A stretch of 64,000 nt of DNA, from positions 132,944-196,943 of the forward strand of contig CAVUQF010000003.1 in assembly GCA_963743615.1 (NCBI GenBank), read 5' to 3'. This DNA is from an uncultured Nanoarchaeota archaeon. Its GTDB lineage: Archaea > Nanobdellota > Nanobdellia > Pacearchaeales > GW2011-AR1. The position numbers and the translations under genes are program-made. Each line of letters opens with the position of its first letter. Position 1 is the first letter of the stretch. The notes under the pieces were generated by a model, which did not search any database, was not told where the DNA came from, and worked only from the letters and a program-made list of their open reading frames with translations. This document shows positions 1 to 9,774 of this stretch, in pieces.

Positions 1-347
1 ATTGGTTGTTTATATGCAATTATTGCTAAGGTTTCACGCTCAGCTTTTGAAAATTCCGAGCTTCCTGTTGCCAGCCTATTTACAGTATCTGAGAATTCTT
101 TTCTTATGTCCATTTTCCAAGAACCTTCTCTCTCTACTATTTCAATTGCAGAATCTTCCTTATTGTACCTTTCTTTTAGTTTTTCTATTATTTCTCTTAT
201 TATTATGGGATTTAGATCTGAAAATGAGATTAGCTCCTGCATTGATAGAAATCTTCCAGAGATAAAGAATATTGCTTCAACTTTTTTCACATATTCCTTT
301 TCTCGTGCCTCGTCTATTTCATCGGCGGTTTTGCTTGTAATATTCAT
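1..347 (-). CDS. scpB: SMC-Scp complex subunit ScpB (partial, runs off window start)
   Basis: Manual translation from ATG at 347: MNITSKTADEIDEAREKEYVKKVEAIFFISGRFLS...EFSKAERETLAIIAYKQPI; the ETLAIIAYKQP motif is typical of ScpB. Not in the ORF track. Confidence 0.88.
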   Translation of the reverse strand, partial: MNITSKTADEIDEAREKEYVKKVEAIFFISGRFLSMQELISFSDLNPIIIREIIEKLKERYNKEDSAIEIVEREGSWKMDIRKEFSDTVNRLATGSSEFSKAERETLAIIAYKQP

Positions 348-386
348 CCTTAGGAAAAGACAATTTCCATTTTAAAGGTTTTAGTT

Positions 387-1475
387 TCATATCTTGTATC
401 TTAAAATTGCGCCAACTCCCCCAAGATTAAAGAATTGTTGCCCTTCAACTGTATCCATTGAAATTGTTATTACTTCTGCGCCTGTATTCTCGGCCATTTC
501 TTTTAGTTCTTTTTGGATTTCTTTATCTGTTTTTACCGAGACATAAACCTTTTGAACCGCCCCATACTCAAGTGCCTTTTTTGTGTCCGGATATCCTATT
601 GTTGATTTTCCATGGGAGGATTCCTTCAAGGCAGCAAAATAATCTTTTACAGCATCCTTTTCCTTGGTGATTTCTTGTTGTGCAAGCAAATCCCCAGATT
701 TTTCCACTAATTCATTTAGTCCAGATTCGGATGTATCTCCGATATCTATTCTTCCTATTACTTTCTTCTTTAGCTGATCTGTCATATATTCCCCTTCAAG
801 GAATTCATCTTTTGTTGGCACGGGTCCCCCGACAATTATTCCTTTGAGTTTTGGCATATCAAAGAAAATCTTTTTCATTTCTTCTGCTACTCTTTTATAG
901 AACTCTTTTGTCAGACCTTCTGTTATTCTATGAAATCTTAATGCACTTTGACCTCCTGCACGGATTTGGCTTGGAACACCTGAAGTCATTTTTTGGAGAA
1001 CCTGAATTAGTTTTCCCTCTAAAAGGCCTATTGTTGCCTCTTTTCTATCCATAACTAGCAAACCAAAAACTTCTTCAACCTCAAGCATTTGTTTGAGAGG
1101 GTCAAGAACAAAGTCCTTATCACACCTATACAATCGAGTATTAAGAGGATGAGGAGGTTCTATTACCCAGAATCGCAAATCTTGTTCCCCCTCTACATCA
1201 GAAACATTACCACAGAATAAAGCCAGTCCATTTTCAGGGGCTCTTTTTTGATTCTTTAGTTCTCTTACTATTTTCTCAAGTGCATCAATAACATTTTTTC
1301 TTGTTGTTGTTGATTTAATATTTTTTGCAGTAGCTTTTTCTGCTTCAATCTGCTTTTGAGTTGTGTTTGAATCATATCCTGCGGGGATATATACTGTAAT
1401 AAATTCGGTATGTTTTCCTTTATATCTTTCAAGTTCTTCAACCAGCTCTGCTACTTCTGCTTTTGTTGCTGCCAT
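387..1475 (-). CDS. prf1: Peptide chain release factor aRF1
   Basis: NIKS and GGQ motifs (RAGGQS), eRF1 three-domain layout; start moved to ATG 1475 (MAATKAEV). Confidence 0.95.
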   Translation of the reverse strand: MAATKAEVAELVEELERYKGKHTEFITVYIPAGYDSNTTQKQIEAEKATAKNIKSTTTRKNVIDALEKIVRELKNQKRAPENGLALFCGNVSDVEGEQDLRFWVIEPPHPLNTRLYRCDKDFVLDPLKQMLEVEEVFGLLVMDRKEATIGLLEGKLIQVLQKMTSGVPSQIRAGGQSALRFHRITEGLTKEFYKRVAEEMKKIFFDMPKLKGIIVGGPVPTKDEFLEGEYMTDQLKKKVIGRIDIGDTSESGLNELVEKSGDLLAQQEITKEKDAVKDYFAALKESSHGKSTIGYPDTKKALEYGAVQKVYVSVKTDKEIQKELKEMAENTGAEVITISMDTVEGQQFFNLGGVGAILRYKI

Positions 1476-1513
1476 GTAAAAAAGATATAAAAGAGATTTA
1501 TAAACGTGAGTTA

Positions 1514-3874
1514 TCAAATAAATTCAACTTTGAATTTTCCTTCCTTTATCTCTCTAGAATTTGTGACTCCTTTTATATCTTCAATCAGGTCTTTCACAGC
1601 TTTTAACTTTGTGGATTCTATTGTTAATCTTATCTCAGAATTCATGGGCTTATTTGACTTTGTTTTTTCCTGTCTTACATTGGAAATTAGATCCAAGATT
1701 AAGTCAAGCTTCTCTTCGTCATCTTTCTTCTGTTTGATGTTTAGCTCTTCCGGCCATTTTGAGATGTGTATGCTTTTTTCTTTTTCATTGCTTCTGAAAT
1801 GCTCTTGGTATATTTCTTCGGTTATAAAGGGGGTAATTGGAGAGAACATTTTTAGGATTGATAGCAATATAGTATATAGCGTAAAGTAAGCAGATTCTTT
1901 TTCCTTATCATCCCCGTTGTATATTCTTTTTTTAATGATTTCTAGATAATTATCGCAGAAAACCTTCCAAAAAAAATGATCCAGATCTGATTTAACCCGG
2001 TGGTATTCGTAGTTGTCAAAATTTTCTATGGAATCTTTTATTAGTTTGTTTAATGTTGATAAAAATATTCTATCTGTTTCAAATAGTTTTACTGATTTAG
2101 GCCTATAATTTTTTAAGTTCATAAATACAAAATTGGATGCATTTAGCAGCTTTGTAATAAATTTTTTCCCAGTTGTTACATCCTTTTCATTGTAATCAAA
2201 GTCTTCTCCTAATTTTGAAGATGATGCCCAATATCTTAGTGCGTCTGCTCCATATTGCTCAAGAATTATTTGTGGAGAAACAGTATTCCCTTTTGACTTT
2301 GACATTTTCTCTCCCTTTAAGGTTACGAAGCCGGAGATAGCAACATCTTTCCAGGGGTTTTTTCCAAAATGCAATTGGGATTTTATAACGGTGTTAAACA
2401 ACCAGAAAGTTATGATATCATGTGCTTGAGGTCTGAGGCTCATTGGAAATAATTTCTTTTTGGCATTCTCATCTTTTATTGAACTTATTGCGAGTTCTGG
2501 GCTCATTGATGAAGTAAACCAGGTGTTCAAGATATCCTTTTCGGGGGTAATGTCTGATGATTTACACTTTGGGCAATGTTTTGGAGATTCTGCTAGAGGA
2601 TCCACTGGAAGTTGCTTTTCATCTGCAAGTATTACCTCTCCACATTTGTTGCAATACCATACTGGGAAGGGAACTCCGAAATATCTCTGATTTGAGATCA
2701 ACCAGTCCCATTGTAGTCCCTTGACCCAATTATCATATCTATGTTTCATAAACTCTGGGTGCCAGTTCAATTCTTCCCCCCATTTTAGCATATCTCCTTT
2801 CAAGTCAAGATACTTTACAAACCACTGTCTACTTTTTATTATTTCTATTTCTGTTCCACATCTTTCATGGACATTTACTATATGCTTTATTGGTTTTTGC
2901 GAAATCAGAAGAGCAGATTTTTTTAGGTCTTCAATGATTTTTTTCCTCATCTCTTTGATTGGCAAATCTTTATACTTCCCTGCAATATCTGTCATATTCC
3001 CCTTCTCATTTATTGCAGTTTTTATTGGAAGATTGTATGCTTTTTGCCATTCCATATCCGTTTGATCTCCAAAGGTGCAGCACATGACAATTCCTGTTCC
3101 TTTGCTTGGGTCTGCTCTTTTGTCTTCCATTATGGGAACTTCGAAATTAAAAAGAGGAACTTTCGCATTTTTCCCTTTGTATTTTTTATATCTTTTATCT
3201 TCAGGATTATAGAAAACCGCTACACATGCAGGAAGTAATTCAGGACGAGTTGTAGATATTATCAAATCGTTTTTATCAACTTTGAAAACAATATCATTAA
3301 AATAGGAATCTATCTCTTTATCTTTTATTTCAACTTGCGCGACTCCGGTCTGACATTCTGGGCACCACATTGCAGGAGCGTCTTTCCTGTAGACCCTTTT
3401 CTTTTTGTACAAATCTATAAAAGACCATTGCGAGATTTTTCTTGATTCTTCGCTTATGGTGGAGTATAACAGACTCCAATCACAACTTATACCTAAATTT
3501 TTCCAATCTTGTATAAATTTGGGCTGTTCGTTTTTTAGAAATTCTAGACATAATTTTATGAAATCTGTTCTTTTCATGTCTTTTGATCTCACCTTTTTCT
3601 CCTTTTCAACTAACCTTTCTGTTGGAAGACCGTTATCATCTGTTCCAAATGGAAGAAAGACTTCGTATCCTTTCATTCTCTTGTATCTTGCAACAAGATC
3701 AAGCTGAGAATAAGAAAATGCGTGACCGATATGCATCTTTCCAGATACTGTAGGGGGAGGGGTATCTATTGAATAGATTTCTTTTTTAGTCTCTGGGTTA
3801 AATTTGTAAATTTTCTCCTCTTCCCAAAACTTTCTCCATTTTTCTTCAATTCTTTTAAAATCCAAATCAACCAT
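1514..3874 (-). CDS. valS: Valine--tRNA ligase, archaeal type
   Basis: PPPTVSGKMHIGH and KMSKS class I motifs, DWLISNQRYFG, 786 aa. Confidence 0.95.
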   Translation of the reverse strand: MVDLDFKRIEEKWRKFWEEEKIYKFNPETKKEIYSIDTPPPTVSGKMHIGHAFSYSQLDLVARYKRMKGYEVFLPFGTDDNGLPTERLVEKEKKVRSKDMKRTDFIKLCLEFLKNEQPKFIQDWKNLGISCDWSLLYSTISEESRKISQWSFIDLYKKKRVYRKDAPAMWCPECQTGVAQVEIKDKEIDSYFNDIVFKVDKNDLIISTTRPELLPACVAVFYNPEDKRYKKYKGKNAKVPLFNFEVPIMEDKRADPSKGTGIVMCCTFGDQTDMEWQKAYNLPIKTAINEKGNMTDIAGKYKDLPIKEMRKKIIEDLKKSALLISQKPIKHIVNVHERCGTEIEIIKSRQWFVKYLDLKGDMLKWGEELNWHPEFMKHRYDNWVKGLQWDWLISNQRYFGVPFPVWYCNKCGEVILADEKQLPVDPLAESPKHCPKCKSSDITPEKDILNTWFTSSMSPELAISSIKDENAKKKLFPMSLRPQAHDIITFWLFNTVIKSQLHFGKNPWKDVAISGFVTLKGEKMSKSKGNTVSPQIILEQYGADALRYWASSSKLGEDFDYNEKDVTTGKKFITKLLNASNFVFMNLKNYRPKSVKLFETDRIFLSTLNKLIKDSIENFDNYEYHRVKSDLDHFFWKVFCDNYLEIIKKRIYNGDDKEKESAYFTLYTILLSILKMFSPITPFITEEIYQEHFRSNEKEKSIHISKWPEELNIKQKKDDEEKLDLILDLISNVRQEKTKSNKPMNSEIRLTIESTKLKAVKDLIEDIKGVTNSREIKEGKFKVEFI

Positions 3875-3965
3875 TGCTTAACAAGATAAAAGTTATTTAA
3901 AGGTTTTTCTGAGGTTATTTATACTCTCCCATAGATATTTAAAATATAATTATACTATTTTAGCT

Positions 3966-4124
3966 ATGGCAGATGACAGTATAAACCTTCCATCTGGATA
4001 TGGTGGACTTGTAAGGTTCAAGGAGGAGTATTCCAGTCTGATTAATCTTAAGCCGATTCATGTTGTTTTTTTCTTGATACTACTTGTTGCCTTTAGAGTT
4101 GTTTTGGGATTTGTGGTCAAGTAA
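3966..4124 (+). CDS. secG: Preprotein translocase subunit Sec61beta/SecG
   Basis: Manual translation: MADDSINLPSGYGGLVRFKEEYSSLINLKPIHVVFFLILLVAFRVVLGFVVK (52 aa); PSGxGGLVRF..E motif plus one TM helix. Below the ORF-track cutoff. Confidence 0.85.
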   Translation: MADDSINLPSGYGGLVRFKEEYSSLINLKPIHVVFFLILLVAFRVVLGFVVK

Positions 4125-4173
4125 ATTTTCTGATAATCAAAAGATTTTTTAACTCCCTGCATGATAAAAAACT

Positions 4174-4500
4174 ATGTTCCCAAATATTGATCCCAAGAAA
4201 ATGCAAGCAGTCATGAAACAGATGGGAGTTTCTCAGGAGGAAGTTGAAGCTCTAAGGGTTGTGATTGAAAAGGATGATGGTAAGATAATTATCAATAACC
4301 CCTCCGTTACAAAGATTAAAATGCAGGGACAAGAAAGTTTTCAGATTATTGGAGATGTTGAAGAAGTTGAGGGAAGTGGATTCTCAGATGAAGATATCAG
4401 TACAGTTATGGAAAAGACGGGATGTAGCAGAAAAGAAGCTGAGGATGCCCTCGAGGAAACCAATGATTTGGCAGATGCAATTCTAAAACTATCTGGATAA
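4174..4500 (+). CDS. nac: Nascent polypeptide-associated complex protein
   Basis: DPKKMQAVMKQMG NAC domain and C-terminal UBA-like DISTVMEKTGCSRKEAEDALEETNDLADAIL. Confidence 0.92.
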   Translation: MFPNIDPKKMQAVMKQMGVSQEEVEALRVVIEKDDGKIIINNPSVTKIKMQGQESFQIIGDVEEVEGSGFSDEDISTVMEKTGCSRKEAEDALEETNDLADAILKLSG

Positions 4501-4582
4501 AATCCTATTTTTTTATTATTATATAATAGTGTATAATAGGAAAAATATAAAAATACCATTTGCTTGATAAAATATAGTTCTA

Positions 4583-4670
4583 TTTGGCAAAATCCAAATG
4601 TTTCGCACTTCTGAGAGAAGAAGGACCTCAACTGGTTCGGAACTCTGAAGAGAGAAAGGAACCAGGGTTC
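4583..4670 (+). other. Candidate structured element (stacked hairpins), possible ncRNA or leader
   Basis: Pairings seen: tttgg/ccaaa, cttct/agaag, ggacc/ggttc, ctggttc/gaaccag, ctct/agag; GC-richer than flanks; no known family recognised. Confidence 0.3.
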
Positions 4671-4689
4671 AAAGCCTCTACAAAAACGA

Positions 4690-5130
4690 ATGGAAGAGAT
4701 AATTGAGGAAAAGATTAGGGCAGATCATCTACTTTATGTTAGTCTTAAGTACACAAAGACATGCGATGTAATTGTTAATTTGCTTTTAAGATGGAGAAGG
4801 ATGATTGAAACTAGCATTGAAGAAATTTTAAAGCATGCTAAATCTAAAAAAAAGATTTCTATAATTTCTGCAAGTCCACTGGGGAAAACGGAAGAGGTGA
4901 AGAAGCTTTTCAAAAAGGATAAGGATTTTCTTGAAGTTATAGACTTCTATGAAATGCTTAGAAAGCTTGAAGATTTGAGAAAGGACAGGATTGGTGAATT
5001 CAGAAAAAATGTGACTTTGAGGATTAGCTACCGCGGAGAGGATGTTGACATAAATCTGGAAAAGTTGAAGATTTATGCAAGTATGCTGGAAAGGTTTATA
5101 AGTACAACTAAACAATTTTTATCTAAGTAG
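4690..5130 (+). CDS. Conserved hypothetical protein
   Basis: 146-aa ORF with RADHLLYVSLKYTKT motif; orientation and spacing fit a real gene. Confidence 0.7.
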   Translation: MEEIIEEKIRADHLLYVSLKYTKTCDVIVNLLLRWRRMIETSIEEILKHAKSKKKISIISASPLGKTEEVKKLFKKDKDFLEVIDFYEMLRKLEDLRKDRIGEFRKNVTLRISYRGEDVDINLEKLKIYASMLERFISTTKQFLSK

Positions 5131-5177
5131 AGATAACTTCTTTACATAAATACTGTTAATCCTCTTTAGAGGCAAAA

Positions 5178-5954
5178 ATGAAAAGACTCATCGTCATAAC
5201 TTCCGGTAAAGGTGGTGTTGGAAAAACTACAAGTGCTATAAATCTTGGTGCTGCGATTAATCATTTTGGGAAAGATGTTCTTATCATTGACGCAAATCTT
5301 TCAACGCCCAATGTTGGGATTTATCTTAATTCTCCTGAGGTTCCAATAAATCTTAATCATGTTCTTCTAAAAAAGGCAGAGCCTTATGAAGCAGTTTATG
5401 AGCATGAGTCTGGAATGAAAATTATGCCTTCCTCCCTTTCCATTAGAGAGTTGGGGAAGATAAAACCAGAAAGATTAAAAGATTTCAAAGAAGATTTCAA
5501 AAGGATTTCTGATTACATAATTGTTGATAGTTCTGCAGGATTGGGTCATGAGGCTGTTTCAGTTATAGGCATGGCTGATGAACTGATTATTGTTACAAAC
5601 CCTGAAATTGCGGCAATTACGGATGCATTAAAGGCGGTGAAGCTTGCGGAGCAGATGAAGATCCCTGTGATGGGAGCAATTGTTACTAGAGTTAGAAAGG
5701 ATAAAATAGAAATGAGACCAGATACTGTTAAAGAAATGCTTGAGATACCTATACTCGGGATGATTCCTGAAGACATGTCAATAAAGGAGTCGTTGAATTT
5801 GAAAGATGCTGTTGTTCACACACATCCTGGGAGCAAACCTGCACGGGCTTACAAAGAAATTGCAGCAAGAATTTTGAATATAGATTATGACTCCAGAAAA
5901 GATAAAGAAAATATTTTCAAAAGATTATTTAAGAAGAAAAAGAAGATGCTTTAA
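5178..5954 (+). CDS. minD: MinD/ParA family cell division ATPase
   Basis: Deviant Walker A SGKGGVGKTT, DANL, IIVDSSAGLG, VTNPE. Confidence 0.88.
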   Translation: MKRLIVITSGKGGVGKTTSAINLGAAINHFGKDVLIIDANLSTPNVGIYLNSPEVPINLNHVLLKKAEPYEAVYEHESGMKIMPSSLSIRELGKIKPERLKDFKEDFKRISDYIIVDSSAGLGHEAVSVIGMADELIIVTNPEIAAITDALKAVKLAEQMKIPVMGAIVTRVRKDKIEMRPDTVKEMLEIPILGMIPEDMSIKESLNLKDAVVHTHPGSKPARAYKEIAARILNIDYDSRKDKENIFKRLFKKKKKML

Positions 5955-5967
5955 ATTTAAAGATTAA

Positions 5968-6282
5968 TTAGTGACTATTTGTTAGAGCTGATGTCTTTGC
6001 AATTTTTTCAGATACTTTCTTTTCAACACCTTTAATTCCTTCTGATGAGCCGAGCAGACTTATTTCAGAGTTAGAATAAGGAAGGGAATATTCATAATAC
6101 TCAACAATAACCTTGTCTCCAGGCAGATAATAGAGAGTATATGATGCTGTTCCTTCTTCATCAAGACTGAAAGGAGGAAAATCTTCCTCTGCTAATTTCT
6201 CAGCGCTCATTTGTTTCATTAATCCTTCAAAATCTAAACTGCTAAAAGTACTAGTCTTACCTTTGAAAACTGTTTTTTTCAT
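5968..6282 (-). CDS. Hypothetical protein
   Basis: 104-aa ORF filling the gap; no motif recognised. Confidence 0.55.
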   Translation of the reverse strand: MKKTVFKGKTSTFSSLDFEGLMKQMSAEKLAEEDFPPFSLDEEGTASYTLYYLPGDKVIVEYYEYSLPYSNSEISLLGSSEGIKGVEKKVSEKIAKTSALTNSH

Positions 6283-6334
6283 AAGAAATCAACCAAAAAG
6301 AAGTTTATATTGATTTAGCACCTAAATGAGATAT

Positions 6335-6679
6335 TTATCTTATTTTGCTGCCAATTTCAATATCTTTTTCTGGCGAAAGAAGAACCACACTCTTTTCATC
6401 TTTTGTTACCGCGGCAAGAATCATTCCCTGACTTTCAATACCTTTCAGTTTTCTTGGAGCAAGGTTCACAAATAAGATTATTTTTTTATTTTTTAGATCT
6501 TCTTTCTTGTAATAAGGGTTTATCCCCGCACAAACCGTCCTTTTTCCAATCTCTTTTCCAAGATCAATTTCCAGTTTGTAAAGCTTATCTGCACCTTCTA
6601 TATCTTCTATTTTTTTTATCTGCCCAACCCTTAAATCAAGTTTTGCCCAGTCCTCAAAGTTAATAATTCCTTCAGTCAT
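6335..6679 (-). CDS. Stand-alone tRNA-binding OB-fold (MetRS C-terminal domain/Trbp111-like)
   Basis: FEDWAKLDLRVGQI...ADKLYKL...NLAPRKLKGIESQGMILAA; overlaps the metG stop. Confidence 0.9.
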   Translation of the reverse strand: MTEGIINFEDWAKLDLRVGQIKKIEDIEGADKLYKLEIDLGKEIGKRTVCAGINPYYKKEDLKNKKIILFVNLAPRKLKGIESQGMILAAVTKDEKSVVLLSPEKDIEIGSKIR

Positions 6680-8120
6680 TTTCTATCTTGTTAAATAATA
6701 TTTCTCCTTTTTTAATTTTTCCTACTTTGAGAGGTTCCATGATTTCTTTTAGACTTCCATTCTTTATCTTAAAATTAAACTGTTGTGCAATCTTTTCAGA
6801 AGTTGAAGGAATAAATGGCCATAACAGAATTGCAATGGCTTTTATAGAATCTGCAACTTCGTAAAGGACCTTTGTATCTTTTGTTTCCCATGGTTTTTCA
6901 TTTTGTATATATTCATTGCATTTGTCAATAAACTCGAAAATTAAATTTAGTGCTTTGTCAAATTCAAGAGTTTCCATTTTCTTTTTTATTTCACTTATTT
7001 TTAACTCCTTGATTAATTTATTTTCCGTTTTTTTTATCTCATATTTTTCAGCCAGACCTGCAATTCTACGAACAAGATTACCCAGTTTGTCTGCCAACTC
7101 ATTATTATGCCTTATAATAAGGTCTTTTTCAGAGAAGTCTCCATCTTCTCCAAAAACAGTATTTCTAAATAAGAAATATCTTGCAGAGTCAACGCCCGCA
7201 ATTGAAATTAGCTGATCTACGTTAATTACTTTTCCTGCCGATTTTGAAATTTTTTCCTTGTTAAAAGTCCACCAGCCATGTGCAAAAACTTTTCTTGGCA
7301 GTTCAATTCCTGCAGACATTAACATTGCAGGCCAATAAACGGTATGAAACCAGATTATGTCTTTTCCTATTAAGTGAATGTCGGCAGGCCAAAATTTCTC
7401 TCTTCCTTTTATTCTTGTTGCAGAATAATAATTAAGCAAAGCATCAAACCAGACATAAGCTATATGTTTATTATCAAAAGGTAATTTGATTCCCCAATCG
7501 AAAGATGTTCTAGAGATGCTTAGATCTTTTAATCCCTCTTTTATTCTGTTTATTACTTCTTTCCCCCTATAAGATGGGGAGATAAATTCAGGATTCCTTT
7601 TGTATAGATCTAGTAGCTTTTTTTGATATTTTGAAAGCCTAAAAAAATAGCTCTTTTCTTTTAATAGTTCCACCGGTTTTTTGTGAATAGGGCAGCATCC
7701 GTTTACTAAGTCTTTTTCGGTATAATAGGCTTCACATGCAGTGCAATAATATCCTTCGTATTCTCCAAGATAGATATCCCCCCTATCATATACTTTTTGT
7801 AATACTTCTTTTACAACTTTTTCATGTTCTTTGTCTGTTGTTCTGATAAAATAATCATAATCCAAATTTAATTTTTTCCAGGCGTCTTTGAATTTTGGAA
7901 TTAGTTCATCAACGAAATCTTTTGGCGTCTGGTCTTTTTTCTCTGCAGCTTCTTGAATCTTTTTTCCATGTTCATCTGTTCCTGTAAGGAAGAAGACATC
8001 ATTCCCAAGAAGCTTATTCCATCTAGCTAAAATATCTGCAGCTATGGTAGTATAAGCATGACCAATGTGGGGTATATCATTTGGATAATAGATCGGTGTA
8101 GTTACATAAAATTTTTTCAT
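6672..8120 (-). CDS. metG: Methionine--tRNA ligase (short, single Zn-knuckle type)
   Basis: YVTTPIYYPNDIPHIGH, KISKS, CxxC..CPIH knuckle, YVWFDALLNY. Confidence 0.95.
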   Translation of the reverse strand: MKKFYVTTPIYYPNDIPHIGHAYTTIAADILARWNKLLGNDVFFLTGTDEHGKKIQEAAEKKDQTPKDFVDELIPKFKDAWKKLNLDYDYFIRTTDKEHEKVVKEVLQKVYDRGDIYLGEYEGYYCTACEAYYTEKDLVNGCCPIHKKPVELLKEKSYFFRLSKYQKKLLDLYKRNPEFISPSYRGKEVINRIKEGLKDLSISRTSFDWGIKLPFDNKHIAYVWFDALLNYYSATRIKGREKFWPADIHLIGKDIIWFHTVYWPAMLMSAGIELPRKVFAHGWWTFNKEKISKSAGKVINVDQLISIAGVDSARYFLFRNTVFGEDGDFSEKDLIIRHNNELADKLGNLVRRIAGLAEKYEIKKTENKLIKELKISEIKKKMETLEFDKALNLIFEFIDKCNEYIQNEKPWETKDTKVLYEVADSIKAIAILLWPFIPSTSEKIAQQFNFKIKNGSLKEIMEPLKVGKIKKGEILFNKIEND

Positions 8121-8211
8121 CTATAATTTTAGAGGAGCATGTATAAAAATTTAACTAACTTGGAAAGACATTTCCCGAAATATTTTTATAGTTCCTTGAA
8201 TTCTTCTAAAA

Positions 8212-8562
8212 ATGGATTTGAGTATAACTCTTATCGGGGTTATTGTAGTAATTGCTATTATTTGGATTTTTATTGAAATGAAAAGAAAAGGGGTATCCTT
8301 TAAGCATAGATTTGTTGCTATTCTAATAGTAGTTTTGTTGTTGTTTACTTATTTTAGTTTTACTTTTGTTTTGAAGGGTCAGAGTCTGAATTTATCTTCT
8401 TGGGATAGTATAAAAAGTGCGGGTACACTTTACTATTCTTGGTTAGTTTCTGTATTTGGAAATTTTAAAACTTTAACAACAAATGCAATTAGTATGAATT
8501 GGGGTGCGAGCAATTCTACTCTTTCTAATATTTCAGTTATTAATGTCTCAAATTTAAGTTGA
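8212..8562 (+). CDS. Hypothetical membrane protein
   Basis: Two hydrophobic segments, 116 aa. Confidence 0.7.
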   Translation: MDLSITLIGVIVVIAIIWIFIEMKRKGVSFKHRFVAILIVVLLLFTYFSFTFVLKGQSLNLSSWDSIKSAGTLYYSWLVSVFGNFKTLTTNAISMNWGASNSTLSNISVINVSNLS

Positions 8563-8666
8563 TACAAAAATTTCCGACTATTATATTTTTTTATTTTTGT
8601 CGTAAAATTAATTTTATGCAGAAATTGGTCGTAAGATTTAAATACTACTAGATTATATATATTGTA

Positions 8667-8999
8667 ATGGCTAGGAAAAGAGGTAGAAAGGTTTCTTCGA
8701 GGAGGACTACGGTCTCTCGTTCAAGACGTGCAGGAAGGAATTCGAGGCGTGCATCAGTTTCGTCTGGTAAGCCTAGTAATTTAAGAATAGTAGTGAATAA
8801 TCTGATAATATTTATTGCGCTTTTCTTGGTTTCTCTTGTTCTTTATCAGTTGTTTTTGGGAGGAATTATCTCTGATCCTTCTGGAGTTTTCTCAAATTTA
8901 TTTGGAATATTTATGATTGCGTTTGGATTTATTAGTGTTGCTTTCTTCATTACGTTCCTTGTTTTCTTGTTTATTACCTTGTTTAAGAAGAAGAGATAG
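8667..8999 (+). CDS. Membrane protein with Arg/Ser-rich basic N-terminus
   Basis: MARKRGRKVSSRRTT... followed by two TM helices; TATA-like tttaaata about 25-30 nt upstream. Confidence 0.7.
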   Translation: MARKRGRKVSSRRTTVSRSRRAGRNSRRASVSSGKPSNLRIVVNNLIIFIALFLVSLVLYQLFLGGIISDPSGVFSNLFGIFMIAFGFISVAFFITFLVFLFITLFKKKR

Positions 9000-9053
9000 T
9001 TCTGATTCTTTCAAAAACTTTTTAATATGCTTTTTCCAACTAGTTTCTAGTTT

Positions 9054-9167
9054 GCCTCAGTAGCTCAGTTGGTAAGAGCGCAACATTGGTACGCGAGAAA
9101 AATACTTTACTCTTTTCGCCTAAACCCAAAGATGTTGAGGTCCTGAGTTCAATCCTCAGCTGAGGCT
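9054..9167 (+). tRNA. tRNA-Thr(GGT) with 40-nt intron at 37/38 (9092-9131)
   Basis: Acceptor GCCTCAG/CTGAGGC, U73, D-arm GCTC/GAGC, anticodon stem CAACA/TGTTG, T-arm CTGAG-TTCAATC-CTCAG; TTGG (32-35) pairs with intron CCAA as the BHB central helix. Confidence 0.93.
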
Positions 9168-9179
9168 AAAAATTTTAAA
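9157..9179 (+). repeat. 23-bp direct repeat copy 1 (tRNA-Thr 3' end plus aaaaattttaaa)
   Basis: cagctgaggctaaaaattttaaa is identical at 9157-9179 and 9730-9752. Confidence 0.95.
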
Positions 9180-9226
9180 TTTAATGTATCCGAAAAGTCT
9201 TTAATCTCTTAAAATTTTATATTTCT

Positions 9227-9670
9227 ATGAACATAAGGGATTTTATAGTAAAAGCAAAGAAGAGCACATATGCAAGTGGTAAAAAACCTAAATTATTAGA
9301 TGATGGATTTGAAGAATTTTTTTATAAAGAAGAAGATTATGAATATCGAGATAGATATTATGCTAAAGATCCAAGACCTTTTGGTGGAGAAGAAGTTGTT
9401 TGGAAAAAAGGGAAAGCAGTCTGGATTATGAATTATTATGGTTTTGTTTTAGACAATAAAATAGGAAGTGCTACTTTGTATGGCTTCTTAAGAAAAGCTA
9501 TGAGCCTTGTGTCAAAAGATAGCCCATTTAGGGGTGCTAATTTAGAGGAAGGCGATTTTGAATATAAAAATCAAAGCGAGGGTGATATAGCTCGATTTAA
9601 TGGAGTTGAAAGAATTTTCTTTAAAGGGAAAGAAGTTTACAGATTAGAATATCATGGTGGAGAATTGTAA
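9227..9670 (+). CDS. DUF5680-like hypothetical protein (cassette 1 cargo)
   Basis: FIVKAKKSTYAS...YRDRYY...FGGEEVVW....VWIMNYYG...FLRKAM....PFRG pattern recalled for DUF5680. Confidence 0.75.
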   Translation: MNIRDFIVKAKKSTYASGKKPKLLDDGFEEFFYKEEDYEYRDRYYAKDPRPFGGEEVVWKKGKAVWIMNYYGFVLDNKIGSATLYGFLRKAMSLVSKDSPFRGANLEEGDFEYKNQSEGDIARFNGVERIFFKGKEVYRLEYHGGEL

Positions 9671-9693
9671 TTTTTTTCTTAAAATAAATCTAC

Positions 9694-9752
9694 AATAAAG
9701 CCTCAAAAACTAAACTCTTGTTTTGTACACAGCTGAGGCTAAAAATTTTAAA
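9694..9752 (+). repeat. Cassette-terminal hairpin repeat copy A plus 23-bp repeat copy 2
   Basis: aataaagcctcaaaaactaaactcttgttttgtacacagctgaggct; inverted arms agcctca (9699-9705) / tgaggct (9734-9740). Confidence 0.92.
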
Positions 9753-9774
9753 GTAATAAAAGATTGATTACATT

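Noticed and set aside
4608-4670. Structured element as SRP RNA or RNase P RNA
   Set aside because: Lacks the SRP helix-8 CAGG/GNRA/AGCA signature and the RNase P GAGGAAAGUCC motif.
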